Shown here piece after piece: positions 44,201 to 45,705 of a DNA stretch of 64,000 nt; position 1 is the first letter of the stretch, and each line of letters begins with the position of its first letter. The notes below the pieces were generated by a model that was not told the origin of the DNA, did not search any database, and worked only from the letters and a program-made list of their open reading frames with translations. The position numbers were made by a program, and so were the translations under genes. Origin of the DNA: an uncultured Clostridia bacterium (GTDB lineage: Bacteria > Bacillota > Clostridia > Christensenellales > UBA1242); NCBI GenBank assembly GCA_934748015.1, contig CAKVHF010000001.1:80918-144917 (forward strand). Reading direction: 5' to 3'.

Positions 44201-45615
44201 AATCTCTTAGAGACTGGACTGTAGAGAATGTGGAAGACTGGGGAACAGATAACTGGAAGGATGTTAACGAAATTGCATATGTGTTTAAAGATAATAAATA
44301 TTATATATGTGAACAAAGTAAAGATACTACAATTAACATTTATGCGTTAGAAATAAAATTTGAAATGATGTGTGATTCTGGTGTTAGTGGTATGGATGGA
44401 GAGTATAGCAGGACATTGAGATTATATAATATGTTAACGTATAAACTTATACACGACCCTGGTGGTTTGTCCAAAATGGAGCGTATAGAGATAGATAGTT
44501 TTGGGGCATTTCCACCTAAGACTGTTGGTTTATCATATATTAACAACACTCAGAAAATACAATCATTTAAATATAACATTCCACATACGGTGTTGGATGT
44601 TGATGGTAAAGGAAACTTACCAGTAAAAGTTGTAGATCAAACAGCATTTACTGAGAAAAATATTTTAGGTAAATTTAAACCTATACTTGGGGGGGTTCTT
44701 GGAGGAACGATAGATCAATCGCAATTCCCAATAGATGAAACAAGTGATATTACAAACTCAACAACAGGATCATTGTTTACATCAGGTTTTACTTATAATT
44801 ACAGTGTATGGTGGGAAGATACTGATAGTTCCAATATCAACTTAGCTACTTATCTAGGTTCACACACAGCCCAAGATCAAGAGAAAGCCCCTTCTACAGC
44901 AGGTGGTTCTACAAGTGGAGAAACTGAGTTAGGAAGCGGTAGTAATTTAAATAAAAATTCAATGACTTACACCAAAGTGTGTAATATAATCAATAACTCA
45001 GGCGGAAATTATCTAATGTGTCTTGGTGCATTGCAAATGTGTGAAATTGAAGTAAGTCCTGGGAATCAACTATCGTCTATGGATGTTGGATCTTATGATG
45101 GTAAAAATTTCCCAAGGAAAAGCGGTGGGGCACATTATACACCTCCGGGAGAATTTAAAAAAGTGATAGCATACAATTGGGCTTGTAATTATTACAATGG
45201 TAGTGTGTCTCCTAGATATCCTGTACCAAATCGAAAATCTGGAAATGACTATTGTGTTGATTATAGTTGGAGTGAAACTCTAAACTGTTTGAAAGGAGCT
45301 AAACAAATATATAGTGACTGTTTTGGTTTTGTAAGAATAGTGCAAATGTTGGCGTATAATAAGGTAACAATAACAAGTTATGGAGATATTACAGAACTGG
45401 GGAACAGAAATAAAATACTGCCAGGTGCAGTTGTTCGTTGGCGTGCAGGCGGCGAAGATAAACATGTTGCAATATACCTATATACTGATGGAGATTATGC
45501 ATACTTTATAGATCAACAATGTATTGTAAGAAATGGGAAATGGGAACAAAACGGAAACATTGATTATATAACAGAAGGTTCTGGTAGAGATGTAATGTAC
45601 TTTAAAAACATGTAA
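17230..45615 (+). CDS. Giant (9,461 aa) predicted surface lipoprotein: multiple GLUG-motif beta-solenoid cassettes, Ig-like/unknown spacers and a C-terminal NlpC/P60-like domain
   Basis: Single uninterrupted 28,386-nt ORF in AT-rich DNA. All competing-frame ORFs in the track across this interval are 165 aa or shorter. Preceded by an AAGGGTGA RBS and a consensus promoter. Lipobox at the N-terminus. Many dozens of x-[VI]-G-G-[ILV]-[VIA]-G repeats. Bidirectional terminator 20 nt downstream. Confidence 0.9.
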   Translation: MRKKLVAIIVLFLGAIMSLVGCDCSNNQDNMKIRSSAVGNYETVAGKDDQYLLYCNTDAELEYILQSNAGKTKMYNKLVLDVEVEGVSNNDNKDIVYKTSSNCVSLSSVVDGGVTRLTISAVDSGYAKITMSSKVYGLVEKSVEVYVEKATAIMNAKDDMAVADGGVLNLNDLATQDKFIEYTANTTKTDVEVAIAYNALASDAAKQALREVVEQYITIANGKITVADGTANALRNTVLANTKLPITVRNITSNIYMKDADENTVHWVEIVELTKVANVYMNKLDGNSKIKLESFVNDGSVGADYYEVRLVNTSDLTGTSSYNTYLTSRNLYFAGLDSGNTVWFNSDTYSFDVVGSSSPISNSLYISPNIDDTKKLSMSVTASKLQNINTIKFAIDYKEYPGLFTQYIYIKFIRMQVPTENDIYLNSELDLNRFVVYNKDTYNTGRVTGSVLEVSTTSQFIGMSYRYSLSMDNNGGLYNNVDYENNPDYIQTGSNALINVRRLTGVDYTSDEDISQKNKLYVSHNFDNLASFGGKITLTIQLTYDLSGNSSNGAEYDKFYVTKSIDLSLVQGLTKENIEGSFLRDEFVLDVTDYQDKQVYKLWTPGADLKVSDYINWTTSTGAVYNRRYFTLDVITEQVNGVDQQYLILVPNQEYLTTSGKERLTLNFINGTSVNKFVECVIPFMFGDSDGGVAIAYNEQDSAFMYKGSLLSEAVFKGNSAYWQLFDMQDADTAWTRYQEYIQHDQDGDTISGYTYTTLHNLVIAKGSSLALSVQNYMYKMTGQSLGIEFYNIPVDNNLRINIRKKYSLQGYSGGKLNASNTISNRNNPDVVEITYSGYAYVTDNGVKSLKPITFTQNILVWVYDSIQSIELNRDNTTLYDYRTVGAFRQSNSMYELSYSVNPAITNLGGVATDSDKGDGVSIRWGFFKKNIENLTKDEKDELGKLNGLDSQKFKALMDKYIIADTQYTVDTGNSKAQFSLNEVLYLQQVNGELRLIFNMSNVIDRLNKSNISDQDIYDAIFGKDNTSKKLDLAIVAEQFSSRRALDYVTLTLTAANMVDKVVLSNIVNDGVSSAVEDDGLYAEQRNITNSNNIYDINYVITGKDANRAIYNTNVRLQYGNSTAVNGRNVFEIVDENGNVLVDANGVATNYFKNNSYHAYIRLTGVPGTQILYISSEDSFTIVNENIVRDNSKTISYTISVSDGSAEYPYRIYNVNDYARMLQDIRNDNYYHYTIVRDINLSNDTRFSPSALSDINVVNGSGKTFAINGKYSYTSMSGEVINNARHKIMLDWSNATISTSDTVNSFGLFASISGVKITNVTLSINANILAKIDNDAYIGGFAGKISGSSELINCQVEGTILYTELTTSINGKTVYLGSMAGEVVDSKVYVDEVKQFGQNFDVYTNIKLYRQKSDTTGVSNTIVNKMMIGGAFGAITNSDQTKGKYSGLSVFAQIIEATYLDGILSTDNGSYIGGVVGSAGNAKLTNIESYPYIRATRNVGGMVGTMSGSNISLSKVYFISNYSNEKSVTAIDASDMVGGMVANADGNNNTIEYSYVRGFNRNNPDGKNYLGDMHIPSNTVSFGGLVANIGSGKLIIDRVYFDATIGFNGLTTKSSKNDAKNVLIGNANENNCNFASNVTGAYAIVRTNFPDQMTYKETGSTTFISNYLTSFGKNGYLYINGQEITYSLNSTITDGLGINANNNNNTYAWFYNKNYADVNNRHPMLLYRNTVLYDIIPSGIDIKIQTDTVRNNNLGWLIVNNDTDNPNRNSQVIIFHSSNSEGKTNRYVNKYVIGVTKEGNTNFNTADGYTYNNFIALELLGSVIKTDYIKLMAKDGFTLSVKGNDTGIISIDGNIITTNGYGRVTLVVSYLLDSSIYAEIELIVYSNIYKMNMTYTTDSLSRATDLKDTTNKVFVNEEMYLTANVVNMYDGGFIAQNIYFDVETDMGARLEILKDSGKFTYAGTTYSYDENDKDNNYIYIDSILTNRIFTITPVENKNIIFNITPYYTVDTTKVMVDSRSADYTIKVSARATSIVINGNKTSAELSAIGTQNLELAITTANVVEENGKYRLKNHSFNMSVYSKVSNELIGTVNNVCELVDEVKNATFTLDEITEFDNIVFSNNYFKDTLMNVKLTGIKISATGNNDYVVTYYLSLVFNKTEYQRNYSTINMINADYHIVFTPSSNSTIDTVFDCKIKLNNPVDIDFNFYTNAETKDGEFNPQEVESKYIAPGRNGLIKLQIFEDFNSADRIDMYFDTNYLQYISYNQMTALTSVIATNNMAYITGYKDIEPYLIYENGRAIGIRLDNITSTYGNTEFFNNIFYIKLKMQNETPASLIASDKYLDITIKAYDYNGQQVMTDRSERLIIETLPVADISIDGTDLTVLEVGDYKEIVWDAYNYNTLPEDEVDGKYGVKVNVKYAYDELKDYMFVVDEAGLEAYINLKRDDISDTDRAKYQDILTKYISAEEYTFYISNTNVKDKYYLVSRADIMDSDIDDPYRYMYDRMDANGNSMTIEKYCYASIIITLSVEKTINNTIEVATDEVGVQLVPVELKDLSLTGHTEVGNEHTFQVLNGTYTGLGFDINKESIRSIEGEYSYEAYNNKNAGNGAELKNYDYFYYNGKYYNIADYADKVYSIYKVNSDDLIWTRESADGKTIPDNYYYLYSSVDKGEIYQAVYVKINFADDATTNRYDRIDSGYYGINGMTINNSQARFSYIDDNQNAVIAGYGEDNVYVYYFVYNDAKRGQSIALVKRLEGNQGFSYYNEQDVPVTTGNTPEVITAGWYNVGSSEFLKLFPTITQSSVRSSTLNRFVDVLTEYGYNYELSTDNSKIEYVDRTDLNNVIYHTIIDVSDPTAVTSYLYGYTNVKFIKNQFGKYINYNSRYINVDESRGKIYCKDEVQGDINTPATYGTIANYYADMGNNNYALIASTYTTTSVATTTDYYRYRIADFTTLEKERFTLSGISVFTVDKDGNKDYVVDSRANFYYLDSANSTTRYIPINVGDTTASYLNKFQLCRTEKTIVRNGVTYYLEYYAIKAISVSDDTVIMAQVDYFYDKDGIIRAFVDRLGNSSGGDGIHDAREGYELDAEGNKVQYRKEGNLIYEYIYDEATNTYTKATYSGCCGYKLYRYDYQFRLIINVNSSYDNPIPIYDQEDFEAMLNGQSSVDDNGQVVVGQHYIMMNNIKLTNYSLVDNNAIGNIGSLDGNGYTLTIQSFDTTGVRDSKLTNFGIFGTISENTIIKNLNINIAPLLVTSDNVNTSQDLIKNYTTKEAINAYVGSSDYRDLSRYYGVDLNAQTSRYFGSASVDLSFMSGINFGILAGENKGSVTNVKIVALDDNILDNENSEYDNDTKKVTISNTSYQGDAYTVLNDESIKAGYVTTNDCMYLYVASSQVIDGTYTSNNIAPFVAVNSGIITNSSSGILDKEMDIVDDLNNIVVSEPSNENTSTRMQYYFNENNAVDGRGTSAYVNIKPYYVAGSGNISGFVANNANDAVISSSFVKGVGIYNTTQISQSSSESNASIYTAGFVVNNAGVILNAHASAYSYDSADNMGEFIANKDKYDVRSSGNISGFVYNNESTGIITNAYSALALATKANNTAGFVYINSGAIKHAYSSTYSTVIDSTGGSSSRAYGSFFRRQDSNYTGTFEDCYYLVDTRKTQSIVDDPASAIEHSASNLSFLTPDSFINFAFASKIGIDDDSSVWYMTANGPKLLSIISSTFSHRQLVGVTGLENSSSPELSYQVVEYVTLNVNYTTKDAGGNDTITSGFKRLFINSDSTLKVEGDLEDRLYKLDGDKYVYYNGDTKVTDNGTDITIDVEVFNRLDKFSTLVATLDKDGNEVWSTLDLLDIAVEDYNNYIFSYMYDADCVYGTKNNPLLVDSAERFVNYIINNSHEENRLDENGNEVKDANGDNVIDRIFGAGYKDDNNNNLVVNNVVKYLRQINHLDFGKHGKDDVNILQDKNNNYNKYLKEIIFNGVYQGNSLDINNLNLTDMINDQSSVSKNFYGLFSQMGIYTVSTTDPNNVNNVIVYSNTAVFKDVNIEVVEFSSTAMSTGVIAGIVYNSAIINVNIASVMSDYSIIKGRNYVGAISGIVIDSKILDTTVSRMAVVTTTDSSIVPSITNNMYDDYLSWRAIDSSNKDQTIITSFKSFDLDYTDKSVAEIYSQFNAKINVEMSSSFNSMSYAGLVAGVVINTKPLDGFEQTADALRSAQDQINDVKVMDNFSVISINAGGLFGYVSENTHIKNAKLIVENNTETEADRINQKIVGTNFVGGIVAENYGIIERGQVVYVDDTQAEKDVEVASHNYTGADTETNNIDTIFSLAQGSTGSVGTGNVVSVGGIAGFNKYGSIIDSYNRVNVTNKNALVAGGIVGYASDKSYIGYTFTTANVISSKVIGGLVGFYNIENALDDTSVIVVDKCFAINLWDNQIDKILQDNSNMTKDYVLRMPELGNQPIAEATKVQALPIQEGGTEYNYVEKIDESSINNSKNIYIGSMIGYAGVSRKTASATIISGGKTYVTNYYVKDANGNDVIMLDNSKNYLAGIFDKEANTEKVKGFSTTYAKLVRKSGESVDQTVMEYDDRHNVATAQLYNGVADESFGLDKLLIEEQDTEKATYYWDKTTGEVLLKAVAEGKGLNLTGKLYVVNTADYSAGKVYADYSYASALGKQTRQLFLQNILGVYNNLKEADTDDYTQQEIDTFTSVNLFEKDYVEYSYTADGERDMSVTPLTIDAKFVEATGTQEPVWKMQDNNVLPEYIVGKYSNYVTIHNTEELIQALSSNNTTKIYSLMYNNAGSNEAIKYNIYINQKDVIYNYAMFNTIFRGTLQGKYYDVANNNAVLDSDVDHTPVINIYTGNSRGAYALINQFDSAVIKNVNFNIIIDASDADNYTNIYGNSNGSFGFLATSLTTTTINNVKVTFSSMESGKEIYLKLVDRVEESGLKVVNNFGMVFGSSINTTIDGLTINYNNNVYITTGLTNSLSLGIGYASGNIINGFSIEGSEGNKTLFVRLNNNRINNGNSLNIGGVIAKNNYNVNNNVISNVNIDLSYNEVEREALKTFGFNFNIYLGGLYGYSMAGSTNDAKYIANNVNISLTRSSFTLDGGYQAIYVGGIAGYAINNSITNALASASEVSEGVATYTKLIAEIDYVNTYIGGLVGYNGRNSSVSGNDNQTWVDMYLTLTGSNSAFVGGIVGYNATGASKTNTNCVSYGTILINDGIDLKTLSIYVGGIAGYSASGEYQLVTNYGDIMTWNYGRFVNNNKPDVDPRMNNDKLTAKLLKDDITKNTKNAKYFVGGLIGYASNATIKQFANMGDIYYVLGSNNFYGGIIGYSRLTPIALNSGISYARFYTYDNAQNSRYNANLYTIAEGCNSNGTKDVYYIQEFYAKYSDLYQSYKNEVKVVDPTTGNNEIKIQNTEYNGTQVYGYNTIAYFNALRDGIGSNNLQLKYNTAVEKESYYPELYAKMNAQTGVTDSITDYYVVGTTTTDTLGGKPVVFVGANDNTTDITFDAPIDIDSNSIYSSLRVIVNSTEPAENIYSPFVNTNNGRIINCITYGEVTRDFDENDQISSFAIVNKGDIVRSGAVVTYTGKFTIAGTYTEDKGAITSIDSDFVFSGFVGDNNGRISDCYSTANIDHINKVEQKRDDQINLTGDSKTSDHLNIAGLVYKQSTKTDNVYVSNSFHSGKVIDYTTPAIRYGVDQDGNIGILTKDYSGQGNNIYDNSNVEDLEDGVVKYFNDTDDAGYNIWKKADSQNINYNQYYINNICVEGKDKYAMTGIQAIFTYSGKTQNNAEYNSLSVAESGAVDKTGVFSSGKYYQIDALETIQKTGDKTRSYKLFQNDSNAIIIETPRDFARLIKKYNNSTLTANVYLLADELDMSGLLGVNYSGIEKLKGNIYGFGSTNTLPNMGVVIKNLTLSTPLVVKNNGEIKGLVIDNANIIGGHSVLTDENNGTIQYVSIINTTLTVDANNIGLFATENEGTIDSVYLLNDTISVQLYNLGTKKTDVYYGIGGVAGINNGTIQHARVGYDSATINGVGINYVASSSNNISVGGIVGINNKTGELNAVSLMRSTIDARIVSNVGGIVGDNKGEIGIQKGTAGNYSKDRAAAVLDSSINAGQNTGAIVGHTNKSLISGVKDNKHYVFVYNTTIECEDIAGNSKAGIAIGAVDVTSESVKVDQIFVVNSSVKASGTNVGGLIGYVNADKISQGKNVLITNITLRSIKISATTNNVGGVVGSIFAGQDPINNSTTAVVQLSNININEINIENTNGQNIGGIVGYANGVLVQDVEIKNDITSARGNSIVSNYKSDNADSGSNIGGVIGLAVNSSINGAIISNLTINAFTGNVGGLVGYYGHNTATKGFFSTSTLFVTGETNQISLNDITISITSSSVDDNKKYSDNGRVGGLLGAEASQYSNKDAIKLFSGDTQVTLNNIKLSGGSFVGGIAGVTYHEIARGQVKTTKPGTGSTPATGSTTETQAALAVVITNISISSSGSYVGGAVGYTNRSIYGVRIIADPTGSNTIVAAGHYVGGIAGLVAESRVLNDNDPASTKQDALYSKTGVEIKAVEVSKISVSSTSFAAQAYVGGIVGWTSAYVGSGYINGAKKGNVTSLGDVKVTETLLNTVVVSNATVRANGAYVGGVVGSTIAPINRVIVTSEASGEYNNITSTNGNHVGGVVGKTTNNIFNSVVQNVQISAKSVGEAGVNFDKFNPDTYPEANVGGVAGSTTAKLYNVMLTTVAGAAVQSNNIITASDNFNKNIGGIVGKLYNGDEGNKTNLGSNYDNYLNNCSVSNTEIKANNSQTSYIGGIVGGYVVKTLESVRYNLEAKQVARRESAINYFSGEKDGDIVYKLLDSSTKKYNSINSQSIYNVEVEGYDYVGGIIGAVTGSNNRQYVYDTQTYEIINPVNLSNINITNINVKGANEFVGGVIGKLSVKKQVGRVDNDYVDLSVQEEHFIMTCTKQNLQVLFNSNAQNELISSDINSLYDGIGSSISKIEVKSTSLQRSTINASGCIAYVGGIAGYVDTIIETANKQYVNNTIIEVAMKDDHQIIIENMDITSSAQCTGGVAGYAVNVAANWIAPIENKYTTSGNEHRTGLIGINSINITSSQQRVGGVVGDAKFVNGNYVLVGSDITSTSTKEVTYIGGLFGKINGTFMKDFSGNEHQGDGNKYVYVKRLKFNISNGSNYIIGTTYGVGGAIGALRINNNIIMSEQAVKVEQLTMNVSACHVGGVIGHLRGYGENDVVVSGAAYLYNSEITATGLSQYIGGLIGLVDHDNPNHKTHLVNLLINIITIEVTGSNGHYVGGCIGMTTGDIETAALSDYGYGLKLSSNGRFIGGIVGRCDGTITDTKLNSAVTIDSTFAGRYTVVDGGSDAVGNIFVYDAYVGGIAGYANKFGSAPATTDLVNFSAAAQPIRKDNLTFSYQSSNPLETTWRADVVVNNNLTITALQGVVGGIVGYVKEFYSTVFMESVINIETSGQSVGGVVGYLEDKMENIYANKFFEEEGKDYKKEYEPAISIKGNNQENTHIYGDQYVGGVVGGGTALKYYDGTAARYLREPAVYIEDDYTEYKLAPYDNNSFNASLTAMNMEAVAELFYPERIKIGGVDYHDYTKINTDLFKKPDGGNYLEKMLKDDNLNSYNGIIINFSAYDKYDNIIKNCTYGMNLYIPSDNDREKDSSKIEFIRTKNTEQMMGYNKCLTGGTQGQEPWLSLGAKYIIAKIEFVTNDVIPMTTATLQFSFGDTYKYDYNHLSNMFLSLSERMQDKIKAKVTFLNKDKDATKTSKIYSGSQYIELMKLIKEIRNKGNNLYSDIRFDSVIVYNVKVGKINFQPRTGPEPDQQQHAKNDKYFIAVDNLTISATQYAGGVTGYSVNDYIFVNDPGHVSNIDITVNNNYAGGIAGYYQSSGNITGIAKYINITGRDYLGGYVGANQGSAEVAFTADNLKYININGNNFLGGAIGRNTGEVHGSTMQVTIVGNNYVGGIAGFSIEDITADVSDSKISGNTFVGGIVGQTYADFMLGRYASADGYLAHIGHVEVSGYSYVGGIAGSVNKRYDHRPNPTGEIGKNLKLGWAYVSNSSSVTGGYNVGGLFGEVIADNIVGRDGNYGEAVDNNTCFAGVYDSIVRADNASNTYNFGVYAMSYYEEGEYANNGPQNNDNYSCVGGIFGYVCTTLGDQILKNSNVAKARGCGGILLNRIEVINVMVEGLSGVGGVAGVLEGVYQPGITYVMGDRTGTYLINGNSCVGGVIGAQLDAVRIKEDEAQIIKAVFSGNSNVIDYKIGNMGATNVGGAIGLFGSMKTAIAKNIQSAFIGKDGYVRGEAQINSAIIYNVYKNSKDPNVGADSAASYSYIGSPEGNNTIINISNGVHKSQLPLIAGDKGYGYGAKAVNDTYYYFDSHTLTDKIFFVQGNSEAGGLVGRISGLIEGTNAEGDNAVSISDARTKSAVKMANCKIGTINVNVIANGNAGGWFGSVSYAQISLASKESGAKSDGKLTISEGFYNTVVQSTGDNIGGLVGYLEGSLLSNAENGDPLIIFPKINANSGDNIGGAVGMAHNASIMGIQIGLTKSDESGRVFIHGGKNNIGGIVGRVDITDSSYKKIGNKNEERTFVVGCSVVSTKVVGEECVGGIVGYGVGVVISGCVSGGGVNTTGPVSVSDTTIEGITYVGGIIGYHKFTNNTNDKYDVNDYNPDSTIGSGNRIMIFGVTNNADVSGEKYIGGVAGYIDRAGVIFKNEDLGESDVGGVKYINTSYDSNNIDESETISLGSGSSAKCNPDATIRWKKPFTAKSIKDINNSYNREDDASTSGAVQYSSFDEAKLHFVQEQNVEQTWDELAGSNGAFQSDISDMLFTHRPDSSSGSTSKSVGQTITVNYKVSAGSTTKKYPPSEAIFIGDIVGNRYLDNMNPKGTSITIGDKRYFNYNNNHADNVVDDNDLTWNDVLIGDQIELTTNKYKEGTVDIDVSMSMQWVRTDCYIDIDTELNRKNTLSGYTHTQSLRDWTVENVEDWGTDNWKDVNEIAYVFKDNKYYICEQSKDTTINIYALEIKFEMMCDSGVSGMDGEYSRTLRLYNMLTYKLIHDPGGLSKMERIEIDSFGAFPPKTVGLSYINNTQKIQSFKYNIPHTVLDVDGKGNLPVKVVDQTAFTEKNILGKFKPILGGVLGGTIDQSQFPIDETSDITNSTTGSLFTSGFTYNYSVWWEDTDSSNINLATYLGSHTAQDQEKAPSTAGGSTSGETELGSGSNLNKNSMTYTKVCNIINNSGGNYLMCLGALQMCEIEVSPGNQLSSMDVGSYDGKNFPRKSGGAHYTPPGEFKKVIAYNWACNYYNGSVSPRYPVPNRKSGNDYCVDYSWSETLNCLKGAKQIYSDCFGFVRIVQMLAYNKVTITSYGDITELGNRNKILPGAVVRWRAGGEDKHVAIYLYTDGDYAYFIDQQCIVRNGKWEQNGNIDYITEGSGRDVMYFKNM
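17296..20850 (+). other. N-terminal non-GLUG region of the giant protein (about 1,185 aa), beta-rich, probably Ig-like domains
   Basis: No GGxxG periodicity. Asn/Tyr/Thr/Val-rich. Segments such as GVTRLTISAVDSGYAKITMSS resemble Big_2-type strands. Confidence 0.35.
20851..22410 (+). repeat. GLUG-type beta-solenoid cassette 1 (aa 1208-1727)
   Basis: Head: YPYRIYNVNDYARMLQDIRNDNYYHYTIVRDINLSN. Body repeats: IGGFAGKISG, IGGAFGAITN, IGGVVGSAGN, VGGMVGTMSG, VGGMVANADG. Tail: YAWFYNKNYADVNNRHPMLLY. Confidence 0.7.
22411..26664 (+). other. Long non-GLUG spacer (about 1,418 aa), Tyr/Asn/Asp-rich, Ig-like or unknown folds
   Basis: Lacks the GGxxG repeat. Contains strands such as GYGRVTLVVSYLLDSSIYAEIELIVY. 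No catalytic motif recognised. Confidence 0.35.
26665..28368 (+). repeat. GLUG-type beta-solenoid cassette 2 (aa 3146-3713)
   Basis: Head: NPIPIYDQEDFEAML...HYIMMNNIKLTN...LDGNGYTLTI. Body: ISGFVANNAN, TAGFVVNNAG, ISGFVYNNES, TAGFVYINSG. Tail: SSVWYMTANGPKLL. Confidence 0.7.
28849..31500 (+). repeat. GLUG-type beta-solenoid cassette 3
   Basis: Head: NPLLVDSAERFVNYIINN. Body: VGAISGIVID, AGGLFGYVSE, VGGIVAENYG, VGGIAGFNKY, AGGIVGYASD, IGGLVGFYN. Tail: EPVWKMQDNNVLPEYI. Confidence 0.65.
31519..33609 (+). repeat. GLUG-type beta-solenoid cassette 4
   Basis: Head: YVTIHNTEELIQALSSNNTTKIYSLMYNN. Body: IGGVIAKNNY, LGGLYGYSMA, VGGIAGYAIN, IGGLVGYNGR, VGGIVGYNAT, VGGIAGYSAS, VGGLIGYASN. Tail: KESYYPELY. 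Confidence 0.65.
33610..34752 (+). repeat. Degenerate/short GLUG-like cassette
   Basis: FSGFVGDNNGRISDCYS and IAGLVYKQS. Ends in GYNIWKKADSQNINYNQYY. Weaker periodicity than its neighbours. Confidence 0.4.
34753..39849 (+). repeat. GLUG-type beta-solenoid cassette 5, about 1,700 aa of nearly continuous repeats
   Basis: Head: IIIETPRDFARLIKKYNNSTLTANVYLLADELDMSG. It is followed by a long run of VGGIVG / VGGLIGY / IGGIVGY / VGGVVGS / VGGIAGL units. There is one short Pro/Thr/Gly hinge near 36600-36660. Confidence 0.7.
39850..40810 (+). other. About 320-aa non-repeat globular insert interrupting the solenoid
   Basis: Periodicity is lost between ...YVGGVVGGGTAL and ...YAGGVTGYSVN. The sequence in between (FYPERIKIGGVDYHDY...KCLTGGTQGQEPWLSLGAKYIIAKIEFV...INFQPRTGPEPDQQQH) matches nothing I recognise. 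Confidence 0.5.
40811..43460 (+). repeat. GLUG-type beta-solenoid cassette 6
   Basis: AGGVTGY, AGGIAGYYQ, LGGYVGANQ, LGGAIGRNT, VGGIAGFSI, VGGIVGQTY, VGGIAGSVN, VGGLFGEVI ... VGGIIGYHK, IGGVAGYID. Confidence 0.7.
43461..44868 (+). other. About 470-aa non-repeat region of unknown function preceding the C-terminal domain
   Basis: No GLUG periodicity. Trp/Asp-rich segments (LRDWTVENVEDWGTDNWKD). No motif recognised. Followed by a Gly/Ser/Thr linker (44869-44961). Confidence 0.4.
44962..45612 (+). other. C-terminal NlpC/P60-like (papain-fold) cysteine peptidase/amidase domain (aa 9245-9461)
   Basis: YSDCFGFVRIVQ (Cys9364, codon 45319-45321) resembles the DCSGxV catalytic-Cys motif. ILPGAVVRWRAGGEDKHVAIYLYTDGDYAYFIDQ (His9412, codon 45463-45465) resembles the pGDlvff...HVgiYlg.g..ihA block. 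The Cys-His spacing of 48 aa is typical for the family. Confidence 0.65.
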
Positions 45616-45633
45616 TTTTTATTGTTTTGTACG

Positions 45634-45677
45634 AAAAAAAAGATTGAGAAATATTACTCATTTCTCAATCTTTTTTC
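45634..45677. terminator. Bidirectional rho-independent terminator between convergent genes
   Basis: A8 run, aagattgagaaat / atttctcaatctt 13-bp perfect stem with a 7-nt loop, then a T6 run. Can serve both the giant gene (+) and the 45706-47055 gene (-). Confidence 0.85.
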
Positions 45678-45705
45678 TGTTATAGTAGGCTTATTTGACT
45701 ACTAT

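Noticed and set aside
17327-45465. About 35 antisense or alternate-frame ORFs of 60-165 aa inside the giant gene (for example 30499-30996, 32524-32946, 19923-20306, 20716-21087).
   Set aside because: All lie wholly inside the 9,461-codon ORF. Their translations are low-complexity mirror images of the repeats (Ile/Thr/Asn/Cys-rich). None has an RBS or recognisable motif. They are an expected by-product of a long repetitive coding frame.
44962-45612. Diversity-generating retroelement target, or a classical polymorphic toxin/immunity pair at the giant protein C-terminus.
   Set aside because: There is no reverse transcriptase or template repeat in the window, and no small co-directional ORF after the stop. 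The next gene is convergent and 449 aa. The toxin idea is kept only as a hypothesis under findings.
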